Positions 39,721 through 50,620 of a stretch of 64,000 bases of DNA are shown one piece after another. The notes below the pieces were generated by a model. The model was not told the DNA's origin. It did not search any database and was given only the letters and a program-made list of their open reading frames with translations. Source of the stretch: Takakia lepidozioides (lineage: Eukaryota > Plantae > Bryophyta); assembly GCA_030704615.1 (NCBI GenBank), contig CM060733.1, positions 44,454,001 to 44,518,000 of the forward strand, read 5' to 3'. Position numbers and translations under genes: made by a program. Position 1 is the first letter of the stretch; each line of letters starts with the position of its first letter.

Positions 39721-41348
39721 TCCTTAGCTCCTTGATGCTCTCTAAGACAAGACTAAGCATTCCACAACCCTTGCCAAGCTCCTGAAACCCTAAGGCTTAC
39801 ATTTCCATCCACAAGACATTCCTCTTGTGGTGCAAGAGCTCTTCTTCCAAGCTCTGAAACCCTAGGTGCACATTCCATGGCCTTGCCGCTCCTCTTAGCT
39901 CCTGTTCCAGCCCTGCTCTTGCCATGACAAGAGCCCTCTCGATGCTGAAGCTCGAGATTGAAACCCAATCTCAACATACTCCACAAAGTGCACTAATTTG
40001 CCCCAAGCCAAATCAGCCCTTTCGCTTGGTCTTGCAATCCTGTAGCATGGTGCTTTCATCTCTGAAGCTGAAGATCGATGCCAAGGTCTACCACCTCGTA
40101 ACCCACATCGCCTCCGCTTCTAACAACCAAGAGCTCCACGGTGCTCCTTGCATAACAACCTGGTTTCTCTCATTCTCAAGCAAAAACCACAAGTGCTACA
40201 ACTAACTCGTATCTGGCACTCACAGATACGAGCTCATCTTTCTCGAGTGATAAAGAAGAAGAATACAAGCACAAGCTCATGCGAGTTCACAAAGCTAAAG
40301 CATAAACTCATGCATATATAAACTCATCACTCAAATACAAGTCAAGCCAAGTGCACCCCACGCCATGGGGAATCCACACTACGGCGCCATAGCTAGGCGC
40401 GGTGAGGCTCAACTCGAGAAATAGATAAGCCTCCCGCGCTTGCCGTGAAGATAACCACTCCAGGGCCTAAATCTACCTTGACCCCTGGATTGACACTTGG
40501 GCCAATCCCAAATGTCAATATGTAAAAGCTAGTTATTTCCTAGCTAGTTTCACACTAGTGGTAAAATAACTTGACAAACAAAATGTGCCTTGGTTTTTGA
40601 GGGGAAACCCCAAGAGGCAGATCAGTCTTGTTTTATCATGATCTGTTAACTGAGGGGAAAGCGTGCGTTGATGTTTGTGCAGCTATTCCCAGAACTATGG
40701 AACAACGAGGGAGGAAGCTGCTTCAACATTTCCAACACTCAATGCTCGGCTCGATCTTCCCAACTTGTGCTTTACCTGGCAAATCTCCATCCCCCCCTCA
40801 ATGGGAAGTCCTCTGGTGAGGGGGATGAGGCAGACTGCAATTGGCGTCACAAGAGAGATCGAGACCCAAAGTTTAGAACTCAGCTGAGATTCTGAAACCT
40901 GGACGTCCAGTCGACTGTCTCTACTCTACTTCCTCTTCAGCTCCCGAGCACTTCAATCAAGCCATCGAGCTCCCAACTTCATCATTATTTCGTACTGCTC
41001 TTTCTATAGCTTAATGCCTCCTGAAGCTTAACTCTCTTGCAGCTCAGATCTCCCTCGGAGTACCATTGCACATTTAGATACATATGGGTTGCCTATCTCG
41101 TAGATCTTACTTAGCAAATCTTTCACACTTCTGACATAGCATCTCCTTAGCAATTACAACTCCCCCCTGCATTCGCTCCCCCTCTGGCATCTGCTCTCTC
41201 TCCTTTCGCTTCATTAGCTGGTTAGCTAGGGTGACGGGAAAGTTTCCCCACACTAAGCCTTCACGGCCTCTACGATGGTTATTTTTTCCACCAGTGTGAC
41301 TACTTTTTTCATTAATTTGATTAAAAGAACATATGTCCCCTTTCTTGG

Positions 41349-41390
41349 TTATATATATATATAGATATATATATATATATATATATATAT
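41349..41390. repeat. (TA)n microsatellite
   Basis: Direct reading. Confidence 0.9.
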
Positions 41391-41439
41391 CTTGTTTGAA
41401 TTTTACGTATATCCAAAACTATTTCCTCATTCAAAATAA

Positions 41440-42500
41440 ACACCCGCCGGGTATCCCAATCCAAGCTTGGTTGGCTAAAGAAACATTTGCCTAGATAGGG
41501 GGGAAAGAACTGCAATTTTTGCAGCTGGATCCAACAGAATGGATGTGGAAATTTGGTTCTGCACCCAAGCTTTTTTTCACTTACACTGCCAAGAAGGCTT
41601 ACCAGGCTCTCCTTAATGCGTCTCTTGTGTCAAGTAAATGGAATGCTAGATCAGGGCATGCAAACTTTGATATGGAAAACTGGAACTACATATGGAAAAC
41701 CACTTGGGATAAGTCCAAACTTGCTAAACTAAGTGCCTTTCTCTGGCAGATTGCCGACAGGGTTTTGAAAGTAGGCCAGTTCTTAGGTTTCCAGGATGCT
41801 CTCCTTTGCAGATGCTGCCCAATTTCTACGATTGAAACCTTGGAGCATTGCCTACTCTTCTGTCGGGCTCCCATGGCCGTTTGGCACCCCTGGCTTTCTA
41901 CCGTTCGTGGGGATCAGCCCATACAGGGCCCATTGCACTCCTCAATTACAATCAAGCTGATAAATCTAAGGCCTATGATTGTCCTGTCTTCGAACTTTAA
42001 GGACTGCAAAGCAATAACCACTGGTCCCTCATCTTCAGCTTCCCCGGAGTTTGAAAAATCCAACATCAACTGGAAACATATCAAAGTAGCATCCCGAGCT
42101 AAACTTCATTTTCATATATAGCCTTATTTCCACTTCTCCCCAATAAGTTCAGGTCTGTTTTAGTTGAAGATTTTTGCAATTTGCTTCTTCTGCCTAACAA
42201 GGGCCCCCATCTCGGGGCTCCTACTCAAAGCTTCCCATGTTCTAGCCAATAAGGCGCCCTTCCTCGTTAGGGCAGCGATCATCATCCAGGTCTTGGATCG
42301 GCTCTCTTTTGGGCTCTAGTCTAGAGTCGGATTATGGTTCTTATGGTATCTCCAACACGTTCCTCGTGTGATAGGCCTCATGGCGGCCTTCGGGCATGTA
42401 AGGGTTTTAATTTTTTTTCCCTTCAATAATCATTAATAAAACTAACAAGGGCTTCCGTTCATTCCCTTTCAATTTAAAGAAAAAAAAAGAAAAAAAAAAA
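41440..42500 (+). mobile_element. 5'-truncated LINE 3' end with poly(A)
   Basis: ORF 41519-42121 has LINE zinc-finger region FLWQIADRVL...CRCC...ETLEHCLLFC; A-tract at 42476-42500. Confidence 0.8.
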
Positions 42501-43689
42501 CCTATAATTTTTGGGCTACCAAGAACTCCACAATTAGTAAGTAACCCAAGTATCAACTTAGGCACTTATTTATTCACACGACAGGACCCAGATTCCATGA
42601 CACTCCCATTAGGCCCCAAAAACAAACTGTAGAATGTAGAATGGGCCCTTCAAGACATGAGGAGCCCGGGAGACCATCCCCATCGTCCTTGTTAACATCA
42701 TGCACCCAATAATGACTCAGGGGATGAGGACGAATACCTCAACCATACTATCTACCATTGTTTGGTGACCAATAGTCTATGAGCCTTGCAACAATGCTAT
42801 GATAAGACACCGACAGGTAGGGAAATGATTTTTTCCACTCCAATGGATGGGTTGTTTGAAAGTTGGGATGCACCACTAAAATACTCTAACCTATCCTACC
42901 CTTATGTAAAATTGCAAGTAATTCATTGCCCATGAAACCTGGGTTGGAATCTGGCTACAACATTATCCAGTGATAAGGATGGCACACTTACATGTAGCAA
43001 GAACCTTCAGAAAAAAGGCCAAAAAAGGCCAAAAAAGGCCAAGTACAAAAAATAAGACATGCTGCATAGGCATGCTCATATTCTTCAAGGATACCAACCA
43101 AAGGACTTGTGGTGGTAACTAGCGTTGGGCGGTTATGTCAGTGAGGATATGAGCTAGGGGCCGGACTCCTCAATATGAAAACACATTAAAAGCACACCGG
43201 CCCGAACTTATGAGGAAACAAAGATTTTTGTTGCCCAAAGGACATGCATAATGTACACTCATTTTTTCCTTGCTTAAATGGTTTCTTCTTATAGAAGCCC
43301 GCCGGTCATGTCTAAGGGCAGGGGCAGGCAGGCACATACAAGCCCCCCTTGGTAGGTCTTTGGGAAGGTAAAAAGCAAATGGTGGGTCCAGCCGTGAGGG
43401 ACCACAAACCTGCTCATCAGGTTTTGCTTTTGGCTTCCGGCACTTGGTTTTTTTAAATGTATCTTTGTTTTGGTGGTTGGGTTTGCACAAACTAGTGGGC
43501 CGCGGAAATGGACAGGTCACATGGAAAGATACTCTAGAGATATTTGTACGACATTATAATTTTATCACATTTGTAGGTAGCCTAGTTGGATGAGATTAGT
43601 ATGTGATCCCAAGCTCAAATCCTTCACAACTAAAAAGACAGTTCTTTTCCCCGGGTTCCTTTTAGGGTGGTTAATTTTTTTTGGAATGA

Positions 43690-44600
43690 TTTTTTTTTAA
43701 GAAAAGGGGAGGAAGCCCTTTTAAGTCATATTAAGAACTCATGGAAATAATAACCATAAGAGGAGGCCATAAAGGCTTACATCATAGAGTGAGGTAACAC
43801 CCAGACCCGTCCACCTAGGGGGAAGCAGAGATTGAAAGGGCAGAGATTCACTCTCTTGGATGACAACAAGCTAACAAAATCTGCCTCAAAGAAGTGAGTA
43901 ACCTTCAGTCAGACCACAAGGTCTGCCTGAACCAGAAAGAATATCTTCCAACAGCAGAAAGATAAACAAAAGTTCTGAATCACTTATGCTACATATAGAG
44001 CATGCTTGGGCCCAGCCAACAGAAGAAAGGGTCTGCAGCCATGCTAAGCCTAAAGCGAGACAGATTAAGCCGAAGGTCCAAGAACTGCATCTGAATTACC
44101 AACAAGCCTGACTGTGCGAGAGAGGCACTGAACTAACTAACGCTTTCTACGAAGCGGCTCGAAGTTGAGATGGGCCTTGACTTTAGAGGCTCTGTTTTTG
44201 CGGTGCTTCCAGTTGATTTCTTCCAAATTGTCCCTGCTTGCCGGGGAGGGCCACGGGCTAGGTGAGTCTCCAGCCATCAGGTGGTCTATTGGCCCAGCAG
44301 GGACTATCTCCAGCCCTGGTGCAGAGGATGCCTCGAAGGGCCCAAGTTCCATCAAAGGCGTTGAGCAAGGCCGCACGCGCGCTCAAATGTCTTGAGAACA
44401 TCTGCGTATTGCTAAGACCAACATTTCCCACATTTTCCGGCCTTGAATAATTAGATCAACGTAAATGCGAGCAAGAGTGGCAAACACACAAGCTGGGGAT
44501 TTACCCTCAACAGCCAGGCACATCTCGACTTCCTCGTGCCACAAACTTAAGGCTCTGAGGCAACTCCAAAGCTGACAAGACACCCGGAACCACGTCAGAG
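43690..44600 (-). mobile_element. 5'-truncated LINE 3' end
   Basis: LSLWHEEVEMCLAVEGK and SPSPW...INWKHRKNR match the C-termini of the other two LINE copies; T-rich tail near 43690. Confidence 0.65.
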
Positions 44601-44755
44601 ATATTACAAAGAAGGACAGTCTGGATGCTAACTGTCAACTTCAGGGATCAAACAAAATATTCATTATGATATATTTAACAAGCATTGAACAATATTCTGT
44701 AAAAAGAATGGCTCTGTCCCTGTTTTCTTTTTCTTCTTAAAAAAAGATAAAAAGC

Positions 44756-47700
44756 TCAAGAATGGGTGCAAAATGCAAAGGTGGAATTAGTAGCATAGCG
44801 GGGTAGGGAGGATTTGACAGGGGCCAGCTGGAGGAGCCTAAGCTGCCGGAATCCGGAGAGATTACCGTCAGATCGCACGCGTCTTACGTTATTCCTATTG
44901 TCTTCCGCGGGCAAATCGATGGGCGAGAAGACGAGGGGATGGCAACCCATGTATGAGAGAAGCAAAGCACAAGTGTAGTGTAGTAACTCCTCCTCTCGAT
45001 TTGTTAGTTTGTTCAAGATTATGTTGATGACTGAGGTGAAGGTCTGGCCTGCAGGGGTTGAGCGTCCCTTGATCTGCATTAACAGTGATGCAAAAGCTTT
45101 TTCATGAGGGAACTGTTGCGGGAGGAACATTGGAGATTCTCGTCCATGGATCAGCGGGTACTTTGCACCAGTAAGGAAGGATGGATTTAGGCCAGTTCTG
45201 GCAGCAGCTACTAGAGCGCGAAGGTCCACCTCCTAAGGACCCGAGGAAGGACCTACTTGGGACAAATTGTTGAGGATAGGTACCTGAGGGTCGGAGAGTA
45301 TTATATGGTACACAGATATTCCTGACAGACGCCTTCGGGTGAGTGATTATGCAGACTTACTTGGACAATGTACAGAGGCAAAACGTAGAATGGGTAAGTG
45401 CAAAACAGACAGCAATGATTGTGGCACAGTACCCTTTATATCCAGAATTACTGGCGGCCCACGCTGCTTGCCTTCGTGTTTGTACACCTATGGCTCCCAG
45501 ATCTTGATGAGCAGCTGACGCAGGCTCTGATTGTGAGCAAGAAATATTCAGTTTTGGACCTTTATCAGCTTGATAAGCCCAAAAGAGAAGGCGGTGCTTG
45601 ATCAGTTCATGGTGAGAGAGTAGCTGCTCCTTCGCCATAAACGGGCCCGGATGCTCCTGCAGAGTCCACGCATTGTTAATTTCCAAGGACAGTTGTAATA
45701 AGAGCAGCCAAGTATTTAACTTGCAGATAACTGGACGTTCATAGTGCCCTTCCAAATTAGTTACCTCTGTACAACTATAAACCAGACCCTCGGAACGCAG
45801 CTCGGCCCTTAGACTCTTTAACATCCTCTGGCTCCTAGGCTGAAGGAGTACAATGGCTTGAGCTCAATTTCCTGGATCAGGTGTCTCCAATCCGCGGCTA
45901 CCCTATTTTGGAGTACGTACTAACAAACACATATAAGAAAGCCCAACTTCTCCTTACCTGTCAGTTTGTAGAGTTCCTGCTCTGTGTTCCAGCAGAGCGT
46001 CATAGCTTCACTCACAGCCTTATTAAGACGTTGCTGCAGCTGATCCTTGTAGGCAGTGAAATCTTAGCAAAATTATGGTGGACCTGCAAATCCAAAATCC
46101 AGACGACAAGTGCTTCATAAATCAACCTAGATCTAGGAGCAGCGCCATTTGCAGCATAAAGACAGATGTCAATGTATGCTAACAAGCAAAAATCTGAAAT
46201 GAAGTTGTCCATCTAGATAGCAGCTCGGCCAAGAACAAAAGTCAGATACTCTGTACACCTGGAATAGATGTAAAGAGAACTGAATCATCACTTATCTCAA
46301 GATTGAGTAGCATTAAATCTCGGCCATATTATGCCATGTACACACAGAGAAAATGACCCTGACCGCTTATAAGTTGGCCTAAATAATATCAAGCCTGACC
46401 CTCTTGCAGCACTTGGGTACTTTCCCTTTGAGGTACACGTGGGCTCTATCATATAGTTCATGCCATATATATATGACTTTGTGGTTTTCAAGGAAAGAAC
46501 ACTCACTCTTTCCAGTAGGTGACTGACTCTAAAGCCTACTCTTTCATAAATGGAACCTTGGTGACTGATCTAGGTACTGGAATCCCATCTTCTATCTACA
46601 AGGGGTTCAAGACTTACCACGAATTCATCAAGCTCCGCCTTCTCTTTTGGGCTGATATCAAGCTCATCAGGGTACAAAACACAATACTTCTTGGTTGTTT
46701 CAGCTTGAGCCTGCGCCTGCCTCCTAGTCAAGGTATGGGGTCTGATCCATAGGTGTCACAACTTGTTGACAAGCCACATGGGCTGCCAGCAGGTCTGGAT
46801 ATAAGCTGGGTGTACAACAATCGTTGCTTTCTGTTTAGCACTTTCTCAGTCTGTTTTAAATTGCCTTTGCTCATTGTCCCAGTCAGTCTGCATGATCACC
46901 CAATTTAAATTGCATCCATGTCTGATCAATGTACACCAAATGTAGTACCTCAATATGCAGCCTGGGCAGTGAGGTGGTTTTTGAAAGGTCAGGAAAACAG
47001 GAGTCCTTCTACAGCTTTGGAGAGCGAGTTGAAGACAGCGTTGGCCAGTATCAGCTATCACACTTCCGTATTGAGGATACTATTGTAAGGAGGATATGAC
47101 CATCTCAAGCTGGATGGAAAAACATTTTTATTGGTGGTACGTAACCTGGCAGTCCGATCTCTGCAGATTTGCATTCTCTGTGTCCGATAAGCCAAAAACT
47201 GCTGCAGCTCCGCAATCATTTTAGCCTGAGGGAAATCCAGTTCAGTAGCAATTAGACTCGAGTGGTGACCTGAGCACTAGATCAAATACTAGATCTACGC
47301 GCATAAAACAGGACAATAAGCGGACGAGTACTTTTTTCACTCCAGTACTTAAACCGCAAAGAGGATTATAGTAGTGAGCACTACCTCCTCGAATCTCTTC
47401 TGATCTGAAGGAGTCTCTCTGTCCATTAAGTCCATAAAGGTCAGCGCTCTGCCTGGTCCATCCTGAAAGAGATTCACCTCAGTGGCAACATGGTTAGTTG
47501 TAAGAAAATGTGTATCTTCCTCTGAATCCTCTGATTCCATGACCTTCTCCTTGCCTTTACTTTCATTGCATAGGTTTTGCATTCTGCAGTCGTTCGGCAT
47601 TTGAGTGTAGTAAACTAAGGCCCTCTCCGTGGGATCCCTGGCCTGGTGAGCAAATCTTGTCTCTGAGAAACTTTCCAACTGGGAAATTGTTGCAACTCGG

Positions 47701-48650
47701 GAACATCGATGTCCCACTGGAAGTCAGAATCTCTGGCTACTTTGCAGGTGAGGCTACCAGTCTGACCTGAAGGAAAGCACTTCACCAGAATACTGCGATG
47801 AAGGTCTTACACATCTCAGGCTTCATGAGTCCATTCTAAGTTCCAAGGGCCAAACTTCAACAGGGTACGTTACTCTAGTCCATCCGGAAACAGCTCTCCT
47901 TACTTGTTCTATGTTTGCCGCACCCTGATGTAAATCCTTCCCCTTAAGGAAATGTCTGAAACTGAAACTGTGTATGGGGTACACCTAAGCCGACAATCAC
48001 AATCCAGAATCAGCTTGAGCATAATCTTGGTTCAGATGTACGTCAAATAAGAGCTTCAAGAGGACTTATATTACATGTAAGCTTTCTCATCTACTGGGAA
48101 CCCCGGTTATTCATAAATCAGAAGAATGCCTTCCCCTAGCTCTGTGGCTCTCCCGTGGCTCATGAGATCTACTACCAGATCTGTGTCGCTTCTGCACAAA
48201 TACTTAAACATCCAGAGGCTCACTTGTGAGTAGATATGTACCTCTAAAAGGATGCTCAAGACAGAACGTATGATCTGTAAACCTATAATCCTGCAAACAC
48301 TAGAGAAAAAAATGCACCATTCGACATGAACGCACTGTTAGAGACTTCTGTTGCTCAATCATCCCAAGTTTCTGGAAACCTCATCCGATCCTAGTGAATA
48401 TCATCAATAACGTGGTTGTTCCCACATGCAGTAGGCCTGATCCAGGAAGGTAAGCAAGACCACAGTGGTACAGAAGTGAAACACAGGTAAAACTACGGCA
48501 ACGACATTCAGTGGAGGTTGGAGCTCTTCTAGAGCTAACAAAGTTGGGCAGATTTCTGGAGAGCACCTGTCGGTGTAATTGGACCACAGTAATCTGCGTC
48601 TATATATATGGTTCAATACGTTCGGCTGCAGTAAGCAGTTTGATCTAGGT
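44756..48650 (-). other. Unassigned decayed coding-like region
   Basis: Co-oriented ORF pieces of 157, 155 and 122 aa plus stop-broken continuations; no family recognised; contains a diverged inverted duplicate. Confidence 0.35.
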
Positions 48651-49133
48651 CCAAGAAAAACGTTAACACCACAGACAATGGATGAGCTTAGAGCAATGAG
48701 ACTGCAAAGCTAAGGTTTCCACTCCTCTGCTCACAAGATGAAACGAGGGTCCTTGAAGAGAAAAAACACCACAGATAATAGATCGGTGAATTAGAGAAAT
48801 GAATCTACTAAGCGTGAGATGAAGCTTGAGATTTCCACTTCTCTGCTCACAAAACGAAACTAGAGGGAACCGAGAGATCAGCATAGTCGAGCACACGCGA
48901 TGAGGTCATTGCAAAAGGATGTCCAACCTTGCCTGTAAGCATATCATGCAAAGAGAAGCCGGAAAGCAACAGAGCGCTGGTTCAGCAGGAAATTGAGAGA
49001 GATGTGTGAGCCCCGATTACAGCAGAGGTGATGAGCTTTGCAGATTGCACACGCGAAAGCCTTGAGAGAGACCAGGCATGGGAAGCGTGCTGCGCTTGTC
49101 ACTGCGATGTGACATTTCACGCGTGCCAACAAA

Positions 49134-50003
49134 TGTGGGGCCTTTCACTATTCGTATTGGGCAGGTATTGGGTATCTACTCTGGCATCGATTACCCCCCC
49201 AACTGATCTACACTTCTCAAACTCTTAGTTTTAATTCTGTGCAAGATTCTTTTGTCCTGGGTAAGGATCAGTGTTGGTCTGGTATTGGCATTTTGTGATA
49301 ACAGGCTGGTCCTGGTATATGGGTGGTTGCCACAATGAAGTACATGAAGTACCAGAGGATTGCTTGAATTTACATACCAGTCTGGTATCTATCTGTATCT
49401 ATAATGAAGGCATGGTGAATTACTTATGCACTGGTATCAATATGTACAGGTGTGATTAGCTAATTGATACCAGCTGGTATCAATGATGACGAATTCATGA
49501 GATTCAAATTCATCACGAAAACAACTAGTGAAGCATGCAAATGAGGCCAAAGTGTGTATGAATTATGAAGCTTCTAGGTGTTTTACACAACACATTTTGG
49601 TATACAAGACACCAACCAAGAGATTCACATATCAGACACAAATCAGGTCAAAAGCCACTGCAGATTCCAAAATGAGCTCATACTTGCCCATAGTGCACAA
49701 AATCTCCCTAAATCTCACAGCAGTATAGCAACCAGGCTGCAAAACGCTGAGCTCGTATCAACAACGAACCAGACGGGTCTGGTTACCGCCTCTTTTCCAG
49801 AATCTAATTCGTCTCTGCACTGGTGTCGGCCTAGGCATCTCAGATCTGGGACCAGGCTGGTCTGTTCTCTAATACCAGGGTTGTTACCAGGGTTAATTCC
49901 AGGTGCTCAGTCTGGTAGGAAGGACTCCCGGGGCTTACTAGATAGGGTTTATGCAACCAAACCAAATCCAAGTCCTTTGCTGTAATCTTAACTAGGGCCC
50001 CAC
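49134..50003. mobile_element. Possible MITE with CTGGT/ACCAG internal repeats
   Basis: GTGGGGCC near 49135 and GGCCCCAC near 49996; CTGGT is enriched in the left half and ACCAG/CTGGT throughout. No TSD established. Confidence 0.3.
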
Positions 50004-50381
50004 TGTTGCTTTTCTTGTTGGACATGTCCCCGCACTCTGATAGAGATTGAAAGAATCTTTTCTATGGCTACCTCAGTTCTCCATAGACTCTTGCCCAAGA
50101 AAGTGTATTCACCCTAAATTAAATTCATATTAATTACGCTGCGGTTATGTGAAATAAGGGGAGGATTTTGGTGCAAAAAGTTTTGAGATTGGAAAGGTCA
50201 CTATCTCAAACCTCCCAAGATAAATATCAGCAAGTGCTTATTTAACTCAAACCATCCAATCAAAGTCATTCAAATGATGTAAAGTTAAGAAGTAGGCTCC
50301 AAATGTATTGTGGATAGTACTTGAAGTGCAGGGACTCTTGTGACTGCAATAGTTCGGTAATAGAATCTCAATCAACAGTCA

Positions 50382-50620
50382 GTAGCTCAGTTGGTTAGTG
50401 CATTGAGTGCCACCCAGATGATTCTGGGGTCAAATCCTGCTACTTGATGGGTGTGGTATCCTCTTCTCCCCCTTCCCTTGGGCTGTCCCCCATTTGGACG
50501 CCTGCATGGCGAGGTGATGCCGTCAAGGTTTGGGCGGTTACCCTGGTGGCCCCATGGCAAAACCTCTTGACTTCTCCCAAGCTCCACTAGAAAAGAGTGT
50601 GTTAGTGGGCATGCTGGTTG
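50382..50620 (+). mobile_element. tRNA-derived SINE-like element
   Basis: A box TAGCTCAGTTGG (50383) and B box GGTCAAATCC (50428); homologous to 10330-10434; does not fold as a complete tRNA. Confidence 0.6.

Larger units (their letters stand above)
26286..40576 (-). mobile_element. Ty3/gypsy-related element encoding Gag-PR-C5 DNA methyltransferase-(RT/RH remnant)-integrase-PHD
   Basis: Termini TGTCG (26286) and TGACA (ends 40576) flanked by AACA (26282-26285, 40577-40580). Removing the element restores the LINE reading W-K-T-K-C-A-L-V-F-E-G. Domain order PR>RT/RH>INT is Ty3-type. Confidence 0.9.
18411..41330 (+). mobile_element. Decayed L1/Tx1-type LINE, interrupted by CACTA ends (~23600-25708) and by the Ty3-related element (26286-40576)
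   Basis: ORF1 remnants at 18994-20100. ORF2 endonuclease SWNIRGLG/FLQEH (20138+), RT motifs KSPGMDG, YKPITLLNVAYK, FEKAFDRVEW, QGCPL, MFVDDT (21580-22300). C-terminal LWDLWKT|KCALVFEG rejoins across 26285/40581, ORF ends ~40895, A-rich 3' end ~41330. Outer limits approximate; the 25709-26285 piece could belong to a sister LINE. Confidence 0.85.

Noticed and set aside
50382-50450. Functional tRNA gene
   Set aside because: A/B boxes are present but no acceptor stem or proper anticodon arm; treated as SINE-like.
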